DNA of 30,263 nt from NCBI RefSeq assembly GCF_004010195.1, contig NC_057749.1, forward strand, positions 21,736,331 through 21,766,593, read 5' to 3'. Below the pieces are notes generated by a model. It was not told the origin of the DNA and did no database searches. It saw only the letters and a list, made by a program, of their open reading frames with translations. A program made the translations under genes and the position numbers. Within the stretch, counting starts at the first letter, position 1; each line of letters begins with the position of its first letter. Below are positions 10,511-20,734 of the stretch, in pieces. Source of the stretch: Chiloscyllium plagiosum. Its lineage: Eukaryota.

Positions 10511-11392
10511 GGCCCTGTGTGGAATGGAGTCAGGGCCTGCTGTGGAATTGAGTCAGGGCCCAGTGTGGAATTGAGTCAGGGCCCGGTGCGGACTGGAGTN
10601 NNNNNNNNNNNNNNNNNNNNNNNNNNNNNNNNNNNNNNNNNNNNNNNNNNNNNNNNNNNNNNNNNNNNNNNNNNNNNNNNNNNNNNNNNNNNNNNNNNNN
10701 NNNNNNNNNNNNNNNNNNNNNNNNNNNNNNNNNNNNNNNNNNNNNNNNNNNNNNNNNNNNNNNNNNNNNNNNNNNNNNNNNNNNNNNNNNNNNCTGGAGT
10801 CAGGGCCCAGTGCGGACTGGAGTCAGGGCCCAGTGCAGACTGGAGTCAGGGCCCGATGCAGACTGGAGTCAGGGCCCAGTGCGGACTGGAGTCAGGGCCC
10901 AGTGCGGACTGGAGTCAGGGCCCAGTGCGGACTGGAGTCAGGGCCCAGTGCGGACTGGAGTCAGGGCCCAGTGCGGACTGGAGTCAGGGCCCAGTGCGGA
11001 CTGGAGTCAGGGCCCAGTGCGGACTGGAGTCAGGGCCCAGTGCGGACTGGAGTCAGGGCCCAGTGCGGACTGGAGTCAGGGCCCAGTGCGGACTGGAGTC
11101 AGGGCCCAGTGCGGACTGGAGTCAGGGCCCAGTGCGGACTGGAGTCAGGGCCCAGTGCGGACTGGAGTCAGGGCCCAGTGCGGACTGGAGTCAGGGCCCA
11201 GTGCGGACTGGAGTCAGGGCCCAGTGCGGACTGGAGTCAGGGCCCAGTGCAGACTGGAGTCAGGGCCCGATGCAGACTGGAGTCAGGGCCCAGTGCGGAC
11301 TGGAGTCAGGGCCCGATGCGGACTGGAGTCAGGGCCCGATGCGGACTGGAGTCAGGGCCCGGTGCGGACTGGAGTCAGGGCCCGGTGCAGAG
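10511..11392. repeat. 23 bp GC-rich minisatellite (CTGGAGTCAGGGCCCAGTGCGGA)n with N gap 10600-10793
   Basis: About 26 near-identical units right of the gap; more diverged units to the left. Confidence 0.97.
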
Positions 11393-11631
11393 TGGAGCCT
11401 CGTTGCCAACATGGACTGGGTCGATAGACTGTTTTTATGAACTTATTTTCACCATTTTATAATTTATTCCTAAAATCTGCAATGCCTGACCTTTTTACTT
11501 TTCTATTTTTCCTAGAACTGTAACTGAAAAACCTATACTTGGGAACGCCTATACCTAAGCTCATGCTGTAAGAGGCAACTTGTACCGTTTTCACTGTGCC
11601 CTACATGTGACAATAAAGCTAATTCTAATTC
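11393..11631 (+). mobile_element. 3' part of an unclassified non-autonomous retroposon (copy X1), Rex1/Babar-like tail
   Basis: T-rich tract, then TTTTCACTGT-gccct-ACATGTGACAATAAA-GCTAATTCTAATTC; same tail at 21434-21506 and 27154-27207. Confidence 0.65.
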
Positions 11632-11662
11632 AATGTCGAGATCCTGGAATGAATGGATGATT

Positions 11663-11762
11663 TTAGAATGATTGATTTTATTGGCCCATGTATTTCACAG
11701 TAAGAAAACAATAAAATACACTGAAGAGTTTTCATTTTTGCCTCAATCTGGCACCATTTTGA
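11663..11762 (-). mobile_element. Diverged tail of the same group (copy X4)
   Basis: Minus strand: AAAATGGTGCC..CTCTTCAGTGTATTT..AAATACATGGGCCAATAAAATCAATCATTCTAA. Confidence 0.55.
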
Positions 11763-11789
11763 ATAATTTAAGAATAAGGATGTTCACTA

Positions 11790-12157
11790 GCAGCAGTGTG
11801 TGCTAGTTACATGATGTACTGCAGAAAATCAGCAAAGATCCTCAGACAGCACCTTCCAAACGCACGACCACTTCCATCAAGACAGACAAGAGCAGGAGAT
11901 ACATGGGAGCACCACCCCCTTCAAGTTCCCCTCCAAGCCACTCGCATTCCTGACTTGGAAATATATTAACATTCCTTCACTGCTGCTGGGTCAAAATCCT
12001 GGAATTCCCATCCTCAGGGCATTGTGGGTCTACCTGCAGCACATGGACTGCTGTGGTTCAAGAAGCCAGCTCATGCCCACCTCAAGGGCAACTAGGGATG
12101 GACAATAAATGCTAGCCCAGTCAATGATGCCTACAAACTATGTGTGAATAGAAATTA
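11790..12157 (+). mobile_element. L2-type LINE 3' end (tail shared with the DeuSINEs)
   Basis: CAGCACCTTCCAAAC..CAAGTTCCCCTCCAAGCCAC..CTGACTTGGAAATATAT..GGGCAACTAGGGATGGACAATAAATGCT. Confidence 0.75.
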
Positions 12158-12364
12158 GCGCTGAAAATGTATTGCTGGAAAAGCGCAGCAGGTCAGGCAG
12201 CATCCAAGGAGCAGGAGAATCGACGTTTCGGACATGAGCCCGAAAAAGGGCTCATGCTCAAAACGTCGATTCTCCTGCTCCTTGGATGTTGCCTGACCTG
12301 CTGCGCTTTTCTAGCAACACATTTTCAGCTCTGATCTCCAGCATCTGCAGCCCTCACTTTCTCC
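12158..12364 (+). mobile_element. Hairpin PLE mini-element (family A), 14 bp TSD
   Basis: Inverted arms ~12160-12240 and ~12248-12329 plus an unpaired 3' tail; GTGAATAGAAATTA at 12144-12157 and 12365-12378. Confidence 0.85.
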
Positions 12365-12704
12365 GTGAATAGAAATTATCCCACCAAGCCAAACTGAAAT
12401 CAGTAAATCTGCCAATCTCGATCTGTGACAAAGTCCTGGATAAAGACTACGATAATCCTTGGATCACTGTTAAGGAAAACCCAACTGGATGACAGCAATA
12501 AGCAAAATGTCAACCTTTAGTTTACAGACCTCTACGTGACTCCTACCGCACACTGTGTGAGCATGAGGATATTGTGAGAGTGACAAACTATTGGCCGTAA
12601 TTAATCAATAAAATCCAGCCGAAGTGCTCATAATTCCCAAGTGAACTCCTTTTAATTTGTAAAGAAGATATAGGATCCTGGGCTTTCTCAGTAACAGTAC
12701 AAAG

Positions 12705-13335
12705 ATCACAGAACCACAGAGGGTCCGATGCCACAGAAAGAGGGCATTCAGTTCATCGTGCCTTCCTCGGCTCATTAAGTGAACATCATCACCTTGTGCT
12801 AATCTCCTGCTATTTCCCCATACTTTTATTCAATCACCCCCAATGCTGTCTTGAATGCCTTCAGTTTGAACCTGCCTCCATCACTTCCACCCACAATGCA
12901 TTCCATACCCTAACTACTCGCTGCACGAAAAATATTTTTCTCATATCACCCTTGCTTCTTTTGCAAATCACTCTATATCTGTGCCCTCTCATTCTTGTTC
13001 CTCTTAAAGGTGGACTCCTGGCTCTGTGCAGCCCACTCATAACTTTGAAAAGCTCTATCAGTTCACCCCTTAGTCCTTGTATCTCCCAGGAGAACAGTCC
13101 GAAATTCTTCAATGTATCCTCATCATTGAAAGTGTCTTGCCCAGGGAGCCATTCTTGTAAATCATTTCTGCACTCTCTTCCAAAGCATTCACACCCGCCC
13201 CATAATGTGGTGCCCAGAGCCAGACACAGTAGTCCATTGAAGTCTAAAAAGATGTTTTACCCAAGTCCAACACCACCTCCTCATTCATGTATCCATGCCC
13301 CTATTAATATAGCCAAAGGTACTGTAGGCTTTACT
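12705..13335 (-). mobile_element. Old CR1 3' portion
   Basis: ORF 12861-13112 GLFSWEIQGLRGELIELFKVM..RGHRYRV..FFVQRVVRVWNAL. Confidence 0.85.
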
Positions 13336-13344
13336 TAAATATTG

Positions 13345-13445
13345 AAACATAGAGTATAGCAGAGAGATGGCCATTCAGCCCTTTGAGCCTCCTCCACTAT
13401 TCAATATGATCATGGCTGATGATCCAACCTCAGTCCCCTCTTCCC
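13345..13445 (-). mobile_element. CR1 3' tail
   Basis: GGCCATTCAGCCCTTTGAGCCT..ATTCAATATGATCATGGCTGAT is the reverse complement of the tail at 1365-1420. Confidence 0.75.
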
Positions 13446-13680
13446 AATTCTAACTCTTGTCTCTATGAAGGTGTTTGCAACCACCCATGCAGGCAGCCGG
13501 ACCTAGCCATGGCCTGCAGTCTCGGTCAACCTGCGAGACTCACATCGATCACCAAAAGGAACCATGTTCTCGCTGCCATTGCTTCCAATCACTGAGAGGA
13601 GTCCAGGAGGAACTGTATCCAGCGGTGCTACTGCCTCAGACCACCAAGAGACTGCCACCATTCCGCCTACAGTTTGCTAT
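13446..13680 (-). mobile_element. Internal fragment of the same family as X2 (20735-21506)
   Basis: Reverse complement of ~21100-21329, e.g. CCAATCACTGAGAGGAGTCCAGGAGGAAC versus GTTCCTCCTGGACTCCTCTCAGTGATTGG. Confidence 0.85.
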
Positions 13681-13954
13681 TGCTGCTCATTGAGTCATAG
13701 GGTCATAAAGTCCTACAGCACGGAGACTGGTCCTTTTGCCCAAACTGATTCATGCTGACCCAAAGTGTCCGTCACTGAGAGGAGTCCAGGAGGAACTGTA
13801 TCCAGCGGCGCTACTGCCTCAGACCACCATGAGACTGCCACCATTCCGCCTACAGCCTGCTCTTGCTGCTCATTGAGTCATAGGGTCATAAAGTCCTACA
13901 GCACGGAGACTGGTCCTTTTGCCCAAACTGATTCATGCTGACCCAAAGTGTCCG
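13589..13954. repeat. Tandem duplication, 183 bp period
   Basis: 13589-13771 is repeated at 13772-13954 with a handful of substitutions. Confidence 0.92.
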
Positions 13955-14051
13955 TCCACACTAACCCCATTTCCCTCCACTTGGCTCATGTCCGACCAAT
14001 CCTTTCCTATCCACGTATTTGTCCAAATGCCTTTTAAATGTTATTAATGTA
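13875..14051 (-). mobile_element. CR1 3' end, left half of the LINE split by the LTR element
   Basis: GAGTCATAG tail; ends CCAAATGCCTTTTAAATGTTATTAATGTA; colinear continuation starts at 20388. Confidence 0.85.
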
Positions 14052-14316
14052 GGTAAAAACAAGGGCTGCAGATGCTGGAAACCGGAGTCTAGATTAGAGT
14101 GGTGCTGGAAAAGCACAGCAGTTCAGGCAGCATCCGGCCCTGGGGTTGAAGTGTTCTGAGGCGGAAGATGAGGCGTTCTTCCTCCAGGTGTCTGGTGGTG
14201 AAGGAACAGCGGTGATGGAGGCCCAGGACCTCCATGTCCTCGGCAGAGTGGGAGGGGGAGTTGAAATGTTGGGCCACAGGGCGGTGTGGTAGATTGGTGC
14301 GGGTGTCCCAGAGATG
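14052..14316 (-). mobile_element. Penelope-like fragment: GIY-YIG endonuclease C-terminus joined to the pLTR end (family C)
   Basis: HLWDTRTNLPHRPVAQHFNSPSHSAEDMEVLGL..LEEERLIFRLRTLQPQG; 14052-14135 matches the terminus at 27466-27546. Confidence 0.88.
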
Positions 14317-14915
14317 TTATTCTTTAAGTCCAACAGAGAATATTAAAACTAACAACGAATTGCAACTCCTTTCTCTTAAACCTATCTTTTACCTCCCCCT
14401 CTACAAACTAGTCTGATAAAAAATCCCAATTAAGATTTGCAAAAGAAATTAATCACGTTTCAAAACCAGTCAGCTTTGCTGAGTCTCCTTTGTAGACTTT
14501 CCTCTGTAGATTCTCTCCAGGTCAGCCTCAATGTTCTGCTGCACAAGCTCCCCACAGACAGGTACCTTTCAGAGAGCTCTTCAGCTAGCAGTCTACATTT
14601 GTTGGTCTTTGGTAGTTCTCCCCCTAACTGTTCAAAGTGTCTGGTTTTATATCCCAGAACATTGGATCGTTTAATTGGTTTTAATATTATCAAAATGCTA
14701 AATTCAAATTTGATTGGATTTTGGTATCTTAGGGCACAATTTAAACTGATTGGTCAAATTTGAATTTGTTTTTGTATCAAAGCAACTCAGCTGCTGCTAT
14801 TTGTTTCGACCAAGTGTTACATTGTTACCTTGTTCAGGATTCACTGTGCTTTGTCAGTCCATGCTAACTTTTCAACTCTCTTAAAGGTACAGTACACCTC
14901 TACACCTTCATAACA
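14317..14915 (-). repeat. 3' LTR (outer ~140 bp missing)
   Basis: Matches 20048-20139 and 20161-20387. Starts TGTTATG on the minus strand after a PPT-like AAGATGTGAGG. TATAAAA at 14645-14651 and several CCAAT boxes on the minus strand. Confidence 0.92.
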
Positions 14916-15059
14916 CCTCACATCTTAAGAAAAAAATTAACCATCATATATTTTTTCTTTTTTTTCCATTCTTTAACCACAATTAGAATTTAACTTCAGT
15001 TCATATTAACTTCTTCCCAAATAAATATAATATTGAATAGATACCCAGCTTATCTTTTT

Positions 15060-16250
15060 ATCAGTTAAGCCTGCGGTTACATTCTTACGACCCTCAACAT
15101 GTATGATATGTAAATTAAACGTCTGTAACCTAAGACTTTAATGAAATAGTCACATATTCTCATCTTTAAAGACACAACCATCTCTGACACTTTGTTTGTG
15201 ACATACACTTTAAAAGTTTCTAAGGCAGTACCAAACTCAACAGTTTGTTTTCGAGTTCAATCCCATCCTCATCTTCCTGTAGGAGGACAGCTCCAACTCC
15301 TATGTCACTAGCATCGATGGCAACTTTGAAAGGTTTTGAAACGTTTGGTGTAGCTAAAACCGGTTTGGTGTTTAATATTGTTTTCAAATGGTCGAATGCC
15401 TCCCTGCATTGTTCTATCCACCGAAACTTTGTGTTCTTCTTCAGCAAATCGGTTCATGTTGCCACTACACTGCTGAAGTTTGAACAAATGTCCGATAGAA
15501 TCCACTGAGTCCTCAGAATCGAGGCAACTCTTTCTTCGAGGTTGGTCATGGGAATTCCTCGATGGCCTTCGTCATTGCGTTCCGTGGGGTCAACCTTCCA
15601 TGACCGATGTTATGTCCCAAGAACGTCACCTCTGCTTCCACAAATTCAGTTTTGTTTAAGTTTATCACCAGTTTTGCTTCTCGTAGTCGTTCCAAGAGCT
15701 CTGCCAACTGTACCATGTGATCTTTCCAGGACTTATTGAAGATCACTACATCGTCAAAATAGACTGTACAGTTTGTTAACTCAGCCACAACTCTGTTCAT
15801 GAGCCTTTGGAATGTGGCGGATGTGTTCTTCATTCCAAAGGACATCACTTTAAACTGATATAGTCCATTTGGAGTTACAAACGCAGAAATTTCTTTTGCT
15901 GTCTCTAATAAAGGTACCTGCTAATTACCATGCATTGACTTGGTGATGTAACTGGCTTGTCCGACTTTATCGATACAGTCTTTGAGTTGGATTTTGTGAT
16001 GGCACTGACCTTCCGATAATCCATGCAGAATCATTGAGTCGCGAGCGGTTTGGGAACTAAGACAATCGGCGAATTCCACTCAGTCTGGCTTTGTTCGATG
16101 ATGCCCTCGTCGAGCATGGCCTTCACCTCCATCTGGACCTGTCTGACTTTGAAAGGATTACGCCGATATGGGTGTTGTTTTATCGGAGCAGTATTCCCTA
16201 TGTCTACTTCATGTATAATAGCATTTAGTCCTCCTCATCTGATTCTTACA
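15060..16250 (-). pseudogene. pol: Reverse transcriptase and RNase H (disrupted)
   Basis: PIKQHPYR; MSFGMKNTSATFQRLMN..VYFDDVVIF..VTFLGH; FKVAIDASDIGVGAVLLQE; NLHIIHVEGRKNV. Confidence 0.92.
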
Positions 16251-16449
16251 TATGTCCTTATACTGCAGTAACAAATCTTTCATCTGCACTCCATGCTCCT
16301 GAGACAGTTAGCTTACTGACCTATCCCGCTCCACAAGGACTTCTTCATTTTTTAATCTATTTTGAGGCACATCAAAATCTATATCATCTGGATTTGATTC
16401 CTCACTCTGCGGGGCAGTAACTAACACCTATTTCTTTAGTTCTTTCTCT

Positions 16450-17643
16450 CTAGTGTAATACATTTTCAACATGTTCACATGATATACCCAATACAGTTCT
16501 TTTTCTATCTGGCATCTTTACTAGATAGTTCACCTTTTTCTCAGTTTGATAGGGACCATTAAACCTGGCTTTGAAGGGATCTCCTATCACTGGTACCAAT
16601 ACTAATGCATTATCCTCTCAGGCTCAGAGCTTTTATCTGCCACCTGCTTCATTCTATGCTGTGCCCTCTTTAGGTGCTGTTTAGCTAACTCACCAATTGA
16701 TTTAATCTCTCCCTCACCTCCAATACATAATCTAAGTGTGAGATCTCAGATTTTGGTCCTGTCAATTTTTCTTTAATTAATTTCAAAGAGATTCTCACTT
16801 CATGCCCGAATATTAACTTGAAGGGAGTGAACTGAGTAGATTCATTTGGGTCATCTCTAATGGCAAACAATACAAATGGGATACTTTTATCCCAATCATT
16901 CGGGTAATCCTGACAGTATGCTCTCAACATGGTCTTCAAGGTCTGATGTCATCTTTCAGACATGGGACTCAGGATGATACGCACTGGATTTAATGTGCTG
17001 TATACCTAAGCTATCCATGACCTCCGTAAACAGACTAAGAGTAAAATTGGATCCTTGGTCCGACTGAATCTCTCTGGGAAGCCCATATTGTGTGAAGAAA
17101 GTTACTAACTCCTCTCCCACCCTTTGTGCTTTGATACTCCGTAATGGAATTGCCTCCGGAAATCCGGTAGACACATCCATTATGGTTAATAAGTACTGGC
17201 TCCCAGGGACCTACACAATCAATGGTACCCCTCATGAAAGGTTCTTCAAATGTGGGACTTGGCCACAAAGGGGCTGGCTTTATTACCGCCTGTGGCTTAC
17301 CTACTATTTGGCATGTTTGACACGTGCGTCTAAAGTTAATCACATCCTTGTGCATTCTAGGCCAATAAAAATGTTTTTGTACCTTAGCCTGACTCTTTCG
17401 TACCCCTAGGTGACCTTCTACAGGTAGTTCATGTGCTACCCATAACACTTCCTGTCTGTATGTTATTGGCAACACAGTCTGGTGCACTTCGGCCCGTTTC
17501 TCCTCTGCACTAACCTGCCGTAGTCTCCATTTCCGTTTTAGGATTTTATCTTTCAGATAATAGCCCTCTAAAATATTCTCTGCCTCCTTTATGGAGTACA
17601 CTTCCACATATATATCTTTTATCGCCTTGTCTTGCTGTTGCAA
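16450..17643 (-). pseudogene. pol: Integrase (HHCC zinc finger, rve core, GPY/F region), upstream of RT
   Basis: AHELPVEGHLG..HFYWPRM..CQTC; IDCVGP; SDQGSNF; SSAYHPES; FTPFKLIFGHEVR; FKARFNGPY at ~16550-16576. Confidence 0.92.
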
Positions 17644-17813
17644 GTCCCTTAGCCTTTCAGGACTAAATATTTCTGCCTGGCCCTCTGCCTGTTCAGGTTT
17701 TTCCTACACCATTACTTCAAACAGGGTATCCACTAACTGAACCTCAACTCCTTCATCTTTCTCTTTAGCTTTTGCTTCGTGCTGTAACTTATGATAGTGG
17801 GATCTAGTTACTA

Positions 17814-18036
17814 GACCTGAAAAATGTGTTGCTGGAAAAGAGCAGCAGGTCAGGCAGCATCCAAGGAGCAGGAGAATTAACTTTTCGGGCATAAGCCCTT
17901 CTTCAGGAATGAGGAAAGGCTTATGCCTGAGACGTCGATTCTCCTGCTCCTTGGATGCTGCCTGACCTGCTGCGCTTTTCCAGCAACACATTTTTCAGCT
18001 CTGACCTCCAGCATCTGTAGTCCTCACTTTCTCCTT
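17814..18036 (+). mobile_element. Hairpin PLE mini-element (family A) inserted in pol, 14 bp TSD
   Basis: GGATCTAGTTACTA at 17800-17813 and 18037-18050; inverted arms span 17817-17998; minus-strand CTGAAGA-AGGGC-TTAT-GCCC-GAAA at 17883-17906. Confidence 0.9.
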
Positions 18037-18149
18037 GGATCTAGTTACTATACAGTCTGGGAAAATACCCGGATATTTCTGTTTTAACTCCTCAGTTTCT
18101 TGGTCTTCTTTGGGCTTCTCCACAACAAGCGGTGTCACTCGCGCCTTGG

Positions 18150-18430
18150 ACCATGCTAAATCATTCCTAAGAACAAATTCCTGGAACCGACACTCTGTCA
18201 ATCACTCCCACTGTAACTTCCCCACTCTTGGGTTGGCACTCCAATCTGAGCTTACATAGGGGAACGCTAAATTTCAGTCCATATCTCCCACAAATTACCA
18301 CACTCTCAGGAAACAGATCAGAAAGAGTGCATATTCGCTCATCCCTTACTATCAGCGACTGGTTAGATTCTGTATCTTTCAAAGTGATCACTTGTTGTCC
18401 TACTCCCCCTGTTCTCTCTGAGTAAACGTT
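18150..18430 (-). pseudogene. pol: Aspartic protease (degenerate)
   Basis: VITLKDTESNQSLI (DTG motif mutated to DTE)..VPLCKLRLEC..GEVTVGVI..FVLRNDLA. Confidence 0.75.
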
Positions 18431-18559
18431 ACCCACAGAGGCAAATTCTTTATAGAGATCAGGTACTAACTCCATACCCAGCCCCTGCCTAGGCTGTGCA
18501 CTCTCCTGCAGCTCCTTGGCACTTCTTGGGGTCTCCTTTACTACCTTCACTAATGCCAC

Positions 18560-19719
18560 TCACTTAGCCTCTTTTATCACATCTTTTCCCACAGTGCCTT
18601 TCTTTAATGACCAGCACTGTGACTTTACGTGTCCCACTTTACCACAGTGGAAACATCGGAGGCCTTTCACCTCCTTTCCACCCTCTCGGGGCTTCTTTTT
18701 TATCCTGAGGTAAACAATTACCAGTGCTCCCTACTTTTTGTTTTGTGGTGTTGGATCTCCCCTACTTCCAACTTCTATCCCTCTCAGGACGAAATTCTGG
18801 CCGGAAGCTTGTCTTATGCAACAGCATGTATTCATTTGCTAATTCTGCTGCCCTTCTCACTTCCTGAACATTCTGTTCCTCCACATGAATTCTTACAATC
18901 TCTAGAAACCAGTTTTTAAACTCCTCCAGCAGAATAATTTCTTAGAGCCTTATGGATCCTATCTACCTTTAAAGCACACACCCATCGATCAAAAGGACTC
19001 TGTTTAATTCTTTCAAACTCAACATAAGTCTGGTTCCTTCTTTATGTTTCTGAACCGCTGTCTATACGCTTCTGGTACCAATTCATAAGCACTTAAAGTA
19101 GCCTGTTTAACCTCTTCATAATCCCTTGACACCCTCATCTGACAGCGCAGCAAACACCTCACTAGTTCTGCCTACCAGTTGAGTCTGAACTCGCTTTATC
19201 CATAAATCCTCGGACCACTCCATCTGCATAGCCAAATTTTCAAATGAAATAAAGAAGGCTTCAACATCTGTCTTATCAAAATGTGGCAGAGTTTTGACAT
19301 ATTTGCATATATCACTAGCTTCTCTTTTAATCTCCATCCTGTTAACTTGACTTTACTGACTAAGTTGCAATTTCTGAAATTCAAGTTCTCTCTCTTTTTG
19401 CTCGGCTAAGAAACTTCTCTCTCTTTCTCTTTCCTCTCTCTCTTTCTCCCCCTCTCTCTCTCTCGTTGTTTATCTTCGAACTCCATTTTGTAATTTCAGA
19501 TTTTGTATCTCCACTGCACTTGACTGTTTCTCTGACGGCCCAAAGTGTTTGAGTAACTTCCTTACAATTTCAGCTTTACTTTTGTCCTTGGTTAAACCTA
19601 AATCTAAGGTTCTTTGCTAATTGTAAAATGATGGCCTTTTTCTTTCCTTCTAAACTTTCTTAGCGAATTTAAGAATCATCTTCAAATCCAAGAACCTCTA
19701 GAGTAATTTTAAGAGCCCC
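18560..19719 (-). pseudogene. gag: Gag with SCAN-like capsid domain and CCHC zinc knuckle (frameshifted)
   Basis: LPHFDKTDVEAFFISFE; SAYELVPEAYRQRFR; IILLEEFKN..RRAAELANEY; RCFHCGKVGHVKSQCW at 18611-18658. Confidence 0.88.
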
Positions 19720-19886
19720 TTAAAATTTCTCTCACTTTTAATTTAACTAACCACACATCACCAAAATTAAATAAATTGTCTCACCCACGTTTTAGTTAAA
19801 GACCTAGGACATTATCCTGCAAGTGTTTAAATCTACTGGGCTTTTTCATACCCCACATCTTTTCAAATCTGTCTAAACCTGTTCAA

Positions 19887-19906
19887 ATCATGGATGAAAG
19901 CCCCCA
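19887..19906 (-). promoter_or_regulatory. Primer-binding site, tRNA-Pro-like (degenerate)
   Basis: TGGGGGCTTTCATCCATGAT, 3 nt after the LTR end TGTAACA; resembles the tRNA-Pro PBS TGGGGGCTCGTCCGGGAT. Confidence 0.7.
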
Positions 19907-19909
19907 AGC

Positions 19910-20387
19910 TGTTACAACACTTGGTAAACCCCTCTGCTAATTTACACCAGCCACACAGAAAATGTTCACCCCGTGCTGTAATCTGTTAAAATTCAAGAGG
20001 CAAAGAACTATCCCAGAGGTAAATATTTAAAGGGAAAATTAACAACTTTATTCTTTAAGTCCAACATAGAATATTAAAACCAACAACTATCTACAACTCC
20101 TTTCTCTTCAACCTATCTTTTATCTCCCACTCTAAATACCACTTTCTCCTCGAAGAGATCATCAAAATACTAAATTCAAATTTGATTGGATTTTAGTATC
20201 TTAGGGCATAACTTAAACTGATTGGCTGAATTTGAACTTGTTTTTTTATCATGGCAGTCTAGCTGCTGCTACTTGTTTTGACCAAGTGTTACATTGTTAC
20301 CTTGTTCAGGACTCTCTGTGCTTTGTCAGTCCACGCTAGCTTTTCAACTCTCTTAAAGGTACAATACATCTCTACACCTTCATAACA
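19910..20387 (-). repeat. 5' LTR (TG...CA ends, internal ~280 bp deletion)
   Basis: Minus strand TGTTATG...TGTAACA; AATAAA at 20047-20052; lacks the segment equivalent to ~14408-14688. Confidence 0.92.
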
Positions 20388-20718
20388 ACCACCTCACCCA
20401 CTTCTGTTGACAGCTCATTCCATATGCATGCCACCTTCTGTGTAAAAAGGTTGCCCTCAGGTTCCCTTTTATTCTTTCCCCTCTAACCTTAAACTGATGC
20501 CTTCTAGCCCTTGATTCCCCAACCCTGGGAAAAAGACTGAACGCATTCACCTATCCATGCCTCTCATGATCTTATGCACTTCTATAAGATTCCCCCTCAA
20601 TCTCCTTCACTCTAAAGAAAATATTCCTAGCTTGACCAACCTATCCCCATAACTCTAGACTGTCGAGTCCTGGCGACATCCTTGCAAATTTCTTCTGCAC
20701 TCTTTCCAGTTTAATGAC
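20388..20718 (-). mobile_element. CR1, right half of the split LINE
   Basis: ACCACCTCACCCACTTCTGTTGACAGCTCATTCCAT..CACCTATCCATGCCTCTCATGATCTTATGCACTTCTATAAGATTCCCCCTC. Confidence 0.88.
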
Positions 20719-20734
20719 ATAAGATTATATCTGT

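Larger units (their letters stand above)
14317..20387 (-). mobile_element. Gmr1-like Ty3/Gypsy LTR retrotransposon, near full length, decayed
   Basis: Two homologous LTRs, PBS, gag with CCHC knuckle, then PR-INT-RT-RNaseH order; many frameshifts and stops. Confidence 0.93.

Noticed and set aside
10517..11462. Three overlapping + strand repeat ORFs
   Set aside because: Same artefact from a stop-free 23 bp unit.
12210..12270. Functional hammerhead in this hairpin copy (also 21774-21800)
   Set aside because: The CUGANGA box is lost at ~12240 and GAAA is mutated to AAAA in both + strand copies.
17704..18201. ORFs containing CCWKSAAGQAASKEQENR-type peptides
   Set aside because: Spurious translations of the non-coding PLE repeat fused to pol fragments.
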